NCBI GenBank assembly: GCA_937951695.1
Contig: CALFBL010000394.1
Coordinates: 1-36,102 of the forward strand
Length of the DNA: 36,102 nt
DNA from: an uncultured Granulosicoccaceae bacterium
Lineage (GTDB): Bacteria; Pseudomonadota; Gammaproteobacteria; Granulosicoccales; Granulosicoccaceae
Direction: 5' to 3'
The translations under genes and the position numbers were made by a program. Positions within the stretch are counted from its first letter, which is position 1. Every line of letters begins with the position of its first letter. The notes under the pieces are model-generated. The model was given only the letters and a program-made list of their open reading frames with translations, did no database searches and had not been told where the DNA came from. Positions 21,241-29,420 of this stretch are shown here, in pieces.

Positions 21241-21540
21241 ATGATTCACGTGATAGCCATTATCACCGCCCAGCCAGGTAAACGTGAAGAGCTGCTAAAA
21301 GCGTTTACCGGTATTTTGTCTGAGGTGCATACCGAGACAGGTTGTATTGAATACCAACCGGTCGTAGACTCCGATGAATCCGGCTCCCAATCAAAACTGG
21401 GTTCAGACACTTACATGGTGATTGAGAAGTGGCAGTGCATAGAAGACTTAAGAGCGCATGCCGCGTCAAAGCACATGACAAAGTACTCAGAGCAAACGGG
21501 GCATCTGGTTGCTGACCGAAAGGTTTATGTGTTGAATTAA
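21241..21540 (+). CDS. Antibiotic biosynthesis monooxygenase family (putative quinol monooxygenase)
   Basis: 99 aa: MIHVIAIITAQPGKRE...ETGCIEY...IEKW...LRAHAASKHM. The true start is ATG 21241; the longer track ORF overlaps the DMT gene. Confidence 0.88.
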   Translation: MIHVIAIITAQPGKREELLKAFTGILSEVHTETGCIEYQPVVDSDESGSQSKLGSDTYMVIEKWQCIEDLRAHAASKHMTKYSEQTGHLVADRKVYVLN

Positions 21541-21581
21541 TTTCGTCGGCAAACAAATGTTCACCTAAAACCACCAAACCA

Positions 21582-24500
21582 TTGCCAACAACATATACAC
21601 ACCCTGTGCGTCAATCAGAAGTGAAACAACTCGAACGGTATTTTGGTTTACGCTCTGTGCAACGAGGTCAAGCCCTGTTTAAGGCGGGAGCCGTTGTACG
21701 GTTTAAATTTTATCAAAGCACAAATCAATTAAAAGCACACGTGCAAGGAACACAGGCGACGCCCTACGCAGTTACGGTGATGCTCGATGAACACGACGAG
21801 CCTTTTGAATGCCTGTGCAGCTGCCCCGTCGGGTTTAATTGCAAGCACGCGGTTGCGACGCTTGTAACGCATCGTTCAAGAACGCGCCGCGTACCTACCC
21901 TTACTGAACTTGCCCTTACTGAACTTGCCCTTACTGAATTGGAGCCAGGTAGAAAAACAGCACCAGATGCGTCAAACTACTCATCGGAAATCGAGGCCAG
22001 ACTGTGGTGGGAGCAGTGGCATTCGACCCAGGAAGAAACAAAACACGTACCGTTTAGCCGCAACGCGTGGGATCGGCCGCGTGCACGCATCTATTCACTG
22101 AAACCACTAAAACAAAGTGGCAACTGGAGCTTTGGCGTCTCTCTGACGTTACTCGATGCACCTCGCACCGCCACGGGTCAATTCAACAAAGGTCGCCGAG
22201 CCGACACAGACCACACCTATACCGACTATACATTGCATCTGACGTCAATGGACAAAGACATCCACGCCCTGGGCTCAGCTCGTTTACAGGCCGATCAAGG
22301 ACGCTACACGCGCGACATGGCTCGTTACGAGCTGACGGGGCACTTCGGCCAAGTGCTTCTCGAACTCACCATCAAGACTGGCCGCTGCTTTCTGGAAACA
22401 GATCGCCACCAACCACTGGTTATGGGTGTATCGCGCACATTGTCCGTCGACTGGCACCAAACATCTGATGGCGACCATCGATTGGTTCCAGCCCTTACAG
22501 GACTGGAACACTGCTGGGTTGTAGATGCCGAACAGCCCTGGTGGATCGACCCCATCAGTGTTACAGCCGGCCCAATCGACACACAGCTTACTGGCGCCCA
22601 GCTAGCCTTGCTGCTAGAAGCGCCCGCAATGCAGGACGCGCAACTTCAAGAGTTAAGTGAGTGGCAGATGAATGCGCAGGCTAACGCACAAATCACGGCA
22701 GAAACCGACGAGCCTATCAACATGCAATCGCGCGTGGGGCGCAACACAAACGTCGCGCTTTTGTTGCCATCGCCACCGATCGAACCAAGACGATTGATTA
22801 GCGTTCCACCTTCACCGGTGCTACTACTGCATTCACCGAGTAATGACCCACACGTCGATAGCTGGGAAATCGCGCTTATGATGCGCTATGACTCGGCGTT
22901 AGTGCCGTGCGAAATCGCTGTGGGCACTGCCATTACCCCCACTGTCGATGAACAAGGTAACTCGGTACGCATTCGACGCCACTATGAACTCGAAACGTTC
23001 TTATTCCATGAGGCTATGGAACGTGCGCGCGGAATGCTGCCCCACTGGCATACCGAATCCGATCAGCTCTTGCCAATATTCTTAGCCAATGCAGATACGC
23101 CAGCAGCACGCTTCAGCACCTACGCACGATTAGTGAAAAACCGCGATGAGCTCGAACGCGATAATTGGGAACTGGTAGTTCTTCCGCCCGTTCATGTCGA
23201 TCCCCTGCGCCCCAGTAGTTTCCAGGGCTTGGTTGAACGAGCCGCCGATGGCAGTCCTGGTTGGTTTGATCTTTCTCTCGATATTGAGCTCGATGGCGAG
23301 CGCTATGATTTAATGCAGCTAGTCGCGACCTATATCGAACGCGGCGGTGGAGACGAGCCCCTGTTCGCAGAGACCACTCATGGTCGATTCATGCAAATCG
23401 AGGCGAGTTTGGTGCGCCCTGTCGCTGAAGTTTTGCATGAGCTTGGCGCTTCAGCCAATCAAGACGGCAAAGTGCGCCTGTCTCGCACACGAGCTCTCGC
23501 TTTGCAAAATCTTGATGAAGCAATAAGTGATGAAGGGTTTAACACCATCTGGCGAGGGACATCCGACCCTTTCAAATTTGCCAAACGCCTGCAGGAACTG
23601 GGCAACGTCGATACCAAGACGTTTGATCAAACAGCACTTCCACGTGGGCTCAAAGCCACTCTACGTCCCTACCAACGCGCCGGACTTGGCTGGCTGAACG
23701 CACTGGCAAGCAACAACGTGTGCGGCATATTGGCCGATGACATGGGCCTTGGCAAAACCTTGCAAGCCCTAGCACACATTTTATGGCTGCGCCAAAGTCG
23801 GCGTTTGAAAGGGCCAGTACTGATTGTGGTACCCACCAGTTTGCTGCTAAATTGGGCGCGCGAGGCGATGAAGTTTACTCCGCGCCTGAAGGTGCGTATC
23901 TGGCATGGCCAAGAACGCCACGAGAATCCCCTCGACGAAATCGATCCACCTGCACATCTGATCATCACCAGCTATGGCCTTGCGTTGCGCGATAACGAAC
24001 TTCTCGCCAATCACGGTTTTGATATGTTGGTGCTCGATGAGGCACAGCAGATTCGCAACCCACTCGCCAAAACTACTCGAGCGATCAAATCGCTACCGAT
24101 AGAGCGGCGGCTCTGCTTATCGGGTACACCACTTGAGAATCATCTGGGAGAGCTATGGTCGCAATTCGACTTTTTGATGCCAGATTTACTGGGCGATGCA
24201 GTACGCTTCAACAAACACTATCGCATACCTATCGAGAAGCATGGGGACACTCAGCGCCAACAACGATTGGCTACAGCGGTAAAACCGTTCCTGCTGCGGC
24301 GACGCAAAGAAGATGTCGCATCAGACCTGCCGCCAAAAACCGAGATGCTGCGGGAAGTACACCTCGGCACCGCCCAAGCAAAACTCTACGAAAGCATTCG
24401 CGCCTCTATGCAAAAGCGCGTGCGCAAAGCTCTGCAATCAAAAGGACTTGCACAAAGCCACGTAACCGTGCTTGATGCCTTACTCAAATTGCGCCAATGC

Positions 24501-25064
24501 TGCTGTCATCCAGAATTGGTGAAACTAGACAGTGCAAAACGGGTTGCGGACTCCGCCAAGACCACTCTGGTTCTTGACATGATTGATGAGTTGATCGCCG
24601 AGGGCCGGCGTATTCTCGTGTTCTCCTCTTTCACGTCAATGCTAGATATCCTTGAGCGAGAACTCAAAGCGCGTGATCACCACTGGGTCAAACTAACTGG
24701 ACGAACGCGCAAACGCGATGCGGTCATCGATGCGTTTCAACGCGGCAATGTACCGCTGTTCCTGATCAGCCTCAAAGCCGGCGGCACCGGATTGAATCTT
24801 ACTGCGGCCGATACTGTGATTCATTATGACCCGTGGTGGAATCCAGCCGCTGAAGCGCAAGCCAGTGCGCGCGCGCATCGAATTGGTCAAAACAAACCGG
24901 TGTTCGTCTACAAACTGGTCGCCGCAGACACAGTCGAGCAGCGTATCGTTCTGATGCAACAGCGCAAGCAGGAACTTGCTGATGCGATGATCGAAAGTGG
25001 CGAAGGCGCATCCCTTACCTCGTTGTCTGTTGAGGAAACGCTCGCTTTGTTCGATCCCGACTGA
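21582..25064 (+). CDS. SWIM zinc finger / SNF2-family ATPase (helicase-like)
   Basis: SWIM motif CSCPVGFNCKH. SNF2 motifs LADDMGLGKT, DEAQ, SGTPLEN, SLKAGGTGLNL and QASARAHRIGQ. The start codon is uncertain (TTG). Confidence 0.93.
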   Translation: MPTTYTHPVRQSEVKQLERYFGLRSVQRGQALFKAGAVVRFKFYQSTNQLKAHVQGTQATPYAVTVMLDEHDEPFECLCSCPVGFNCKHAVATLVTHRSRTRRVPTLTELALTELALTELEPGRKTAPDASNYSSEIEARLWWEQWHSTQEETKHVPFSRNAWDRPRARIYSLKPLKQSGNWSFGVSLTLLDAPRTATGQFNKGRRADTDHTYTDYTLHLTSMDKDIHALGSARLQADQGRYTRDMARYELTGHFGQVLLELTIKTGRCFLETDRHQPLVMGVSRTLSVDWHQTSDGDHRLVPALTGLEHCWVVDAEQPWWIDPISVTAGPIDTQLTGAQLALLLEAPAMQDAQLQELSEWQMNAQANAQITAETDEPINMQSRVGRNTNVALLLPSPPIEPRRLISVPPSPVLLLHSPSNDPHVDSWEIALMMRYDSALVPCEIAVGTAITPTVDEQGNSVRIRRHYELETFLFHEAMERARGMLPHWHTESDQLLPIFLANADTPAARFSTYARLVKNRDELERDNWELVVLPPVHVDPLRPSSFQGLVERAADGSPGWFDLSLDIELDGERYDLMQLVATYIERGGGDEPLFAETTHGRFMQIEASLVRPVAEVLHELGASANQDGKVRLSRTRALALQNLDEAISDEGFNTIWRGTSDPFKFAKRLQELGNVDTKTFDQTALPRGLKATLRPYQRAGLGWLNALASNNVCGILADDMGLGKTLQALAHILWLRQSRRLKGPVLIVVPTSLLLNWAREAMKFTPRLKVRIWHGQERHENPLDEIDPPAHLIITSYGLALRDNELLANHGFDMLVLDEAQQIRNPLAKTTRAIKSLPIERRLCLSGTPLENHLGELWSQFDFLMPDLLGDAVRFNKHYRIPIEKHGDTQRQQRLATAVKPFLLRRRKEDVASDLPPKTEMLREVHLGTAQAKLYESIRASMQKRVRKALQSKGLAQSHVTVLDALLKLRQCCCHPELVKLDSAKRVADSAKTTLVLDMIDELIAEGRRILVFSSFTSMLDILERELKARDHHWVKLTGRTRKRDAVIDAFQRGNVPLFLISLKAGGTGLNLTAADTVIHYDPWWNPAAEAQASARAHRIGQNKPVFVYKLVAADTVEQRIVLMQQRKQELADAMIESGEGASLTSLSVEETLALFDPD
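21898..21942 (+). repeat. In-frame 15-bp tandem repeat x3 (LTELA) in the SNF2 linker
   Basis: CCCTTACTGAACTTG x2, then CCCTTACTGAATTGG. Confidence 0.9.
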
Positions 25065-25154
25065 CAACTTTGCCATCGCTAGATATCTGCATGCCCAGGA
25101 CCAAAGATCGCATTGGCTACGAAGCTCACTAAGCGGAAAAAATCATTCATAAAC

Positions 25155-25651
25155 TTATTGATAACCGCACCCGTCCATGAAGTAGGTACCGTCCTTGAGA
25201 TAAACACCCATTGTTATCAGCACCTCGTTTTTCTCGAAAATACCACGCCAGACGTACCTCACCATATGCTCGGTCCGTGGATCCCGTTCCCGCTTTTCTG
25301 CTGCGACACACCCCATGAACTCACGCCGAATATAAATGCCATAGTCCTCACGGATATTGCGTAAGTCTCTTAAAAATTGAGCCTCCGTAAAGCTGACAAC
25401 ATATTTTTTTCACACCGCTGAATGAATTTTTCAAACCTGTTCTCATCTTCTGATTCAAGTACCTCGTCAAGATATTGTTCTGCGATATTCTGTCGCCTAT
25501 TCAGCAGCGCTGGGTGGGTATTCCAATCAGGATATTCCTCAATACTCGAGATAACTTCCAAACACTGTGAGTGCTTGATTTCATGGCCCATGCCCGACAA
25601 CACGTCGCGCAGTCTTGAGACAGTGACTTTACCTTGGGTCGTAGTGTGCAT
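25155..25651 (-). CDS. Glyoxalase-superfamily N-terminal-domain protein, paralog B (apparent frameshift at A7 run; ~165 aa if repaired)
   Basis: N-domain KVTVSRLRDVL.GMG.EIKHSQCLEVIS...YPDWNT. After the A7 run (25410-25404) the -1 frame continues YVVSFTEAQFLRDL...RREFMG...VRYVWRGIFEKNEVL...YLKDG to TAA at 25157-25155. Alternative start at 25672. Confidence 0.75.
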
Positions 25652-25690
25652 ACGTCGATATCTCGTTGACATTGTGGATGAATTGACGGC

Positions 25691-26193
25691 TTAAATGAAG
25701 TGCATGCCACTGACGTAATGAGCGCCATCCCTCTCATAGATACCGATTCTGAGAAGCGTCTCATTTTTCTCAAAGTAACAGCGCCAGAGATAACGAACTA
25801 GATTCGGGTACCTATCGTCGCCTGCGCGCTTCGTACCCGCCACGCTGCCCATAAACTCTCGACCAAAGTAGGCACCAACCAATTTTTTTCTTCTCGCGCA
25901 TTTTTTTGAAATTCAATCTCTGGAATGAAAATATGAAACTTTTCTTCAAACAACGGCAAGTATATTTTGTAATCAGGCTTAAACAACCCTTCAAACAATT
26001 CGCCGACAAACTGTTCGGCCCGTTGTAGCTCATCCGTACTGTTTGAGCTAGCATCTGATTTTTTTACAGTATTTTCAGTCTCGGGCCCCAGCTTCGACAA
26101 GACCTCAATACATTCGGAGTACTTGAGCTGCAGACCTACACCCGTCAAAGCCTTGCGCAGATGGACGGTACGGGTTTTATTTGCAATGAGCAT
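25691..26193 (-). CDS. Glyoxalase-superfamily N-terminal-domain protein, paralog A (apparent frameshift at A7 run; ~167 aa if repaired)
   Basis: Begins MLIANKTRTVHLRKALTGVGLQLKYSECIEVLSKL. Adding one A at 25889-25883 joins track ORFs 25798..26253 and 25691..25882 (GREFMG...VRYLWRCYFEKNETL...YERDG), colinear with paralog B. AAAGG RBS before ATG 26193. Confidence 0.72.
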
Positions 26194-26334
26194 GATGTCA
26201 ACCTTTCGGAGGCGTATTCTTTGCTGGTGCTCGCATTGCCAGTGATCCGCCAATCTAAAAAGCTGATGACTTGATGAGAAACTTACACATTCACCGAACC
26301 CCGAGAGGGTGCGAGCGGCAGGTTGTGCTGACCT
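26194..26334 (-). ncRNA. Candidate structured cis-regulatory RNA (5' leader of the paralog pair)
   Basis: Nested helices read by eye: AGGT/ACCT, GCTCGCA/TGCGAGC, CCCT/GGGG, CGGTGA/TCACTG and GTCA.TC/GA.TGGC. It begins at the predicted +1 of the promoter below. Not assigned to a known Rfam family. Confidence 0.5.
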
Positions 26335-26340
26335 ACAATC

Positions 26341-26369
26341 AAACTACTAAAGACTGTCGCGATTGTCAA
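26341..26369 (-). promoter_or_regulatory. Sigma70 promoter: TTGACA-17 nt-TAGTTT
   Basis: Perfect -35 at 26369-26364, exact 17-nt spacer, and -10 at 26346-26341. Predicted +1 is about 26334. Confidence 0.72.
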
Positions 26370-26523
26370 TAACTCAAGATTCTCGTTATCGCCACGCAAT
26401 CCAGCGATGAAGATCGCTCAAAAACTCTACGGTGAAGGTAAGGCTGGCACGGTTCGATCCAGATCGGCATACAAACATCAACTGGTATAAGCTAACGAAA
26501 ACAACCTAATTTCGAATCGTTCT

Positions 26524-27744
26524 ATGGCCACTACTCACCGATGGGAATTTCGCGCACGCTTCAAAAAGCATTCATTTGGCTGGAAGTCGCAACCCGCGAT
26601 AAAACACATCAGAGAGGCGGTGACTGAAATAAAAAAAGTCGCAAAAAAAGACCCGCTACTGGCCGCAGACGGGTCGATTATTCTGCTCGAGAAACTGTCC
26701 CCCGCCCTGGAACAGGTCGACAGTTCGTCAGGATCCATCGGGACTGCGGTCAATAAAGCCATTGCCACTGTCGTCCCGATAATTGTCGCAGCCCCTGCTG
26801 ATGAACAAACCCGTATGGCCTGGCTAAAGCGTCTATTCCAAGCACACGCTGACGATGGTATACCCTATATAGAATCGCTGGCCGAATTCTGGGGCGAGCT
26901 ATGCGTGACACTCGACATTGCAAGCCGCTGGGCGGACGAGCTCCTGCCAACCACTCAAAGTGCGCTCAGCCCTGATCGGGAAAGGCGCGGTTTTTTTCAC
27001 GGTACCACTGCCTGTCTCAGTTCACTGTATTCAGCCAAACGATACGACGAATTGCTCGAATTGCTAGAACAGGAAAGCTTTTGGCCTTACAAGCGTTGGT
27101 CGGTTAAAGCACTCGCTGCACAGGGCAATAAGCGCAAAGCCATTGACTTGGCAGAACAAAGCCGTGATGCATGGGCAAGCGATGTTGATATTGATCAGCT
27201 ATGCGAAGCAATCCTGTACTCCATGGATGAGGTGGAAGAGGCGTACAAGCAGTACGGGCTGCGCGCCAATCGCGCCGGTACTTACACCTCGTGGTTTCGC
27301 GCTGTGGCCAAAAAGTATCCGGACAAGTCATCGGTGGATTTACTCAACGATCTGGTAGCCGAGACACCCGGCGAGGAGGGCAAATGGTTCGCTGCTGCAA
27401 AAGATGCAAAGCTATTTGATGAAGCGATTAAATTAGCCAGACAGTCACCCTGCTCACCACAAACGCTGACACGCGCCGCCAGAGACTTCGCCACCAGCCA
27501 GCCCGCCTTTGCGGCCGATGCAGGAATGACGGCCTTGCATTGGCTGATGGCTGGGCATTATTACGAAATTACGACTACCGACGTATCGGACGCCTATGCC
27601 TATACGATGACAGCGGCTGAAAATTCGGGCACTACAGTGCCGGTGCGCGGTTATATTGAAGCGCTGGTAGCAAGCAAGTCCGAAGCAAATAGCTTTGTTG
27701 CGAACATACTCACTCGAAGATTAAGCGAAGCCAAATCAAGCTGA
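26524..27744 (+). CDS. Conserved hypothetical all-alpha protein
   Basis: 406 aa. I recognise WEFRARFKKHSFGWKS, VDSSSGSIG and GKWFAAAK from a widespread family of unknown function. Confidence 0.8.
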   Translation: MATTHRWEFRARFKKHSFGWKSQPAIKHIREAVTEIKKVAKKDPLLAADGSIILLEKLSPALEQVDSSSGSIGTAVNKAIATVVPIIVAAPADEQTRMAWLKRLFQAHADDGIPYIESLAEFWGELCVTLDIASRWADELLPTTQSALSPDRERRGFFHGTTACLSSLYSAKRYDELLELLEQESFWPYKRWSVKALAAQGNKRKAIDLAEQSRDAWASDVDIDQLCEAILYSMDEVEEAYKQYGLRANRAGTYTSWFRAVAKKYPDKSSVDLLNDLVAETPGEEGKWFAAAKDAKLFDEAIKLARQSPCSPQTLTRAARDFATSQPAFAADAGMTALHWLMAGHYYEITTTDVSDAYAYTMTAAENSGTTVPVRGYIEALVASKSEANSFVANILTRRLSEAKSS

Positions 27745-27883
27745 TGCAACAGATAGACGCGCCGTCTGACATATAAATCAAATAGTTAGATGCGCCGCCG
27801 TGTAGCGCCACCCAGTACCAGTGCAAGCAGAAACTCACTAGTGCAGTTAAGCTTATCTCTCATCCAAAATACACTTTCCAATC

Positions 27884-28375
27884 ATGCTTGAACCCATCGT
27901 ACAACAAACACTGGATGACTGTGACATCCAACACGAAGCTGTTGCTTGCTCCGACGAGTTTGCTGACACTGCACGCTTTTGCGAACATTACGGGTATCCG
28001 CTTGATATATCGGCAAACGCGCTGTTGATTGGCTCGACCAAGGGTGAACCCAAATTCGCCTTATGCCTTGTGCTTGCCCATTGCCGGCTAGACACCAACA
28101 AGGTGGCCCGAAAAAAACTGGGTGTTAGGCGCATTTCCTTTGCCACACCCGAACAAACCATGGAAATGACCGGCATGAAGCTTGGTGGTGTCACACCCAT
28201 GGGTGTTCCGGCAACCTTGCCCATCTGGATTGATGCGCAGATCATGGCATGCGAGAAGATTATACTAGGCGGCGGTAATCGCACATCCAAGCTGATTGTA
28301 CTCCCGGACCAATTGCTCAAGCTGCCCAATTCTGAAGTGGTGGAACATCTGGCAATGATTAAACATCAAAGTTAA
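27884..28375 (+). CDS. YbaK/EbsC aminoacyl-tRNA editing-domain protein
   Basis: ADTARFCEHYG, SANAL, TGMKLGGVTPMG and LGGGNRTSK. Confidence 0.88.
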   Translation: MLEPIVQQTLDDCDIQHEAVACSDEFADTARFCEHYGYPLDISANALLIGSTKGEPKFALCLVLAHCRLDTNKVARKKLGVRRISFATPEQTMEMTGMKLGGVTPMGVPATLPIWIDAQIMACEKIILGGGNRTSKLIVLPDQLLKLPNSEVVEHLAMIKHQS

Positions 28376-28385
28376 ACGTTAAAGC

Positions 28386-29420
28386 TTAAAGAAATACCTC
28401 TTTAAAGCTTACCCACGATCCCTTGTCATGGGAGGTATAAACCGCCTCCTCGATTTCCCGGTTGACAAGATAATCGACAGCCTCGTTTTCCAGTGTCGAT
28501 CCTTTTAGCAGATGATCGACAACATGACGATTCGTTCGATAAACACAGTCACCACCAAATTCGACATCATCAAAACTGTACTCGCAAACAACGGATTCAG
28601 TTTCACCCAGTAAGCGACAACGGATAATTCCATACCCGTCTAAAGACAGCGTTCCAGCAGAGCCTTCAATCACCATTTCCCCCATGGTGCGTCGAGGATT
28701 GTCGGAGGCATGATCCACAAGGCGATTGCCGTTGAATGTGCCTCGCATTCCATTGCAGAATTCTATTATGACGATTCCGGCATCCTCTCCCGCGATAACT
28801 GGATTCAATGTTGACAAGCGTGCAAACAACCCGCTGATATCACCAAAGAGATAACGAAATACATCGATAAAATGCACCCCTGTTTCCTGAATAAGAAATC
28901 GTTTTTGTTGTTGGAAATACGGCTGGCGTTCCAGATAGGCGGACGGGCCTTGTCCATCGCCCGGTCGTAAATTGAATTGAACTTCATAGAGTTCACCGAT
29001 TAGGCCTGTAGACAGCAGCCGATGTATCTCCCGATACCACGGTTGGAAGCGAAAATTTTCGTGCACGACAACCATGGCTCTGGCAGCGACGATAGTCTCC
29101 ACTAATGAGCGCGCTTCAAGCAGATCGTTGCAAAAGGGCTTCTGGCAAATACAAGGGATACCCAGATCGATACACCGTTTGATAATAGCTGTATGAGACG
29201 GAGGTGGTGTAACAATATCCACCAGCGCTGGACTGGCTTGCTCTAACAAGCTATCGATGTTGGTATACACGGACGAAATATCGTAGTGTTCGGCGATTGT
29301 CTGCCCTGTACTTTCATCCTGTGCGTGTAGAGCAACGATTCTGACGTCATCCAAACGCTGCCAAGCACGGTAGTGAAACTGACTAAAGTAACCGGTACCG
29401 ATAACGGCGACATCAAGCAT
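28386..29420 (-). CDS. Gfo/Idh/MocA family NAD(P)-dependent sugar dehydrogenase
   Basis: IGTGYFS Rossmann motif, CQKP, HENFRFQPWY and ETGVHFID. The start overlaps the upstream stop (TAATG). Confidence 0.9.
   Translation of the reverse strand: MLDVAVIGTGYFSQFHYRAWQRLDDVRIVALHAQDESTGQTIAEHYDISSVYTNIDSLLEQASPALVDIVTPPPSHTAIIKRCIDLGIPCICQKPFCNDLLEARSLVETIVAARAMVVVHENFRFQPWYREIHRLLSTGLIGELYEVQFNLRPGDGQGPSAYLERQPYFQQQKRFLIQETGVHFIDVFRYLFGDISGLFARLSTLNPVIAGEDAGIVIIEFCNGMRGTFNGNRLVDHASDNPRRTMGEMVIEGSAGTLSLDGYGIIRCRLLGETESVVCEYSFDDVEFGGDCVYRTNRHVVDHLLKGSTLENEAVDYLVNREIEEAVYTSHDKGSWVSFKEVFL

Noticed and set aside
7519-21942. Short tandem repeats (7519, 15466, 21898) as CRISPR or iteron arrays
   Set aside because: Only 2-3 adjacent units each, no spacers, unrelated sequences, and no cas or rep genes.
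21582-25064. SNF2 ATPase as part of a defence system (DISARM/Zorya/BREX-like)
   Set aside because: It has the ordinary SWIM-SNF2 architecture, with no methylase, nuclease or other partner genes nearby.
26194-26253. N-terminal extension MADHWQCEH... of paralog A, or a leader peptide
   Set aside because: TTG start with no RBS inside the predicted RNA structure, whereas ATG 26193 has an AAAGG RBS and matches paralog B in length.
26194-26334. Assigning the leader to a known riboswitch (TPP, cobalamin, SAM, glycine, lysine, FMN) or a tRNA/tmRNA fragment
   Set aside because: I could not find the diagnostic consensus of any of these by eye, so it is left unassigned pending cmscan.
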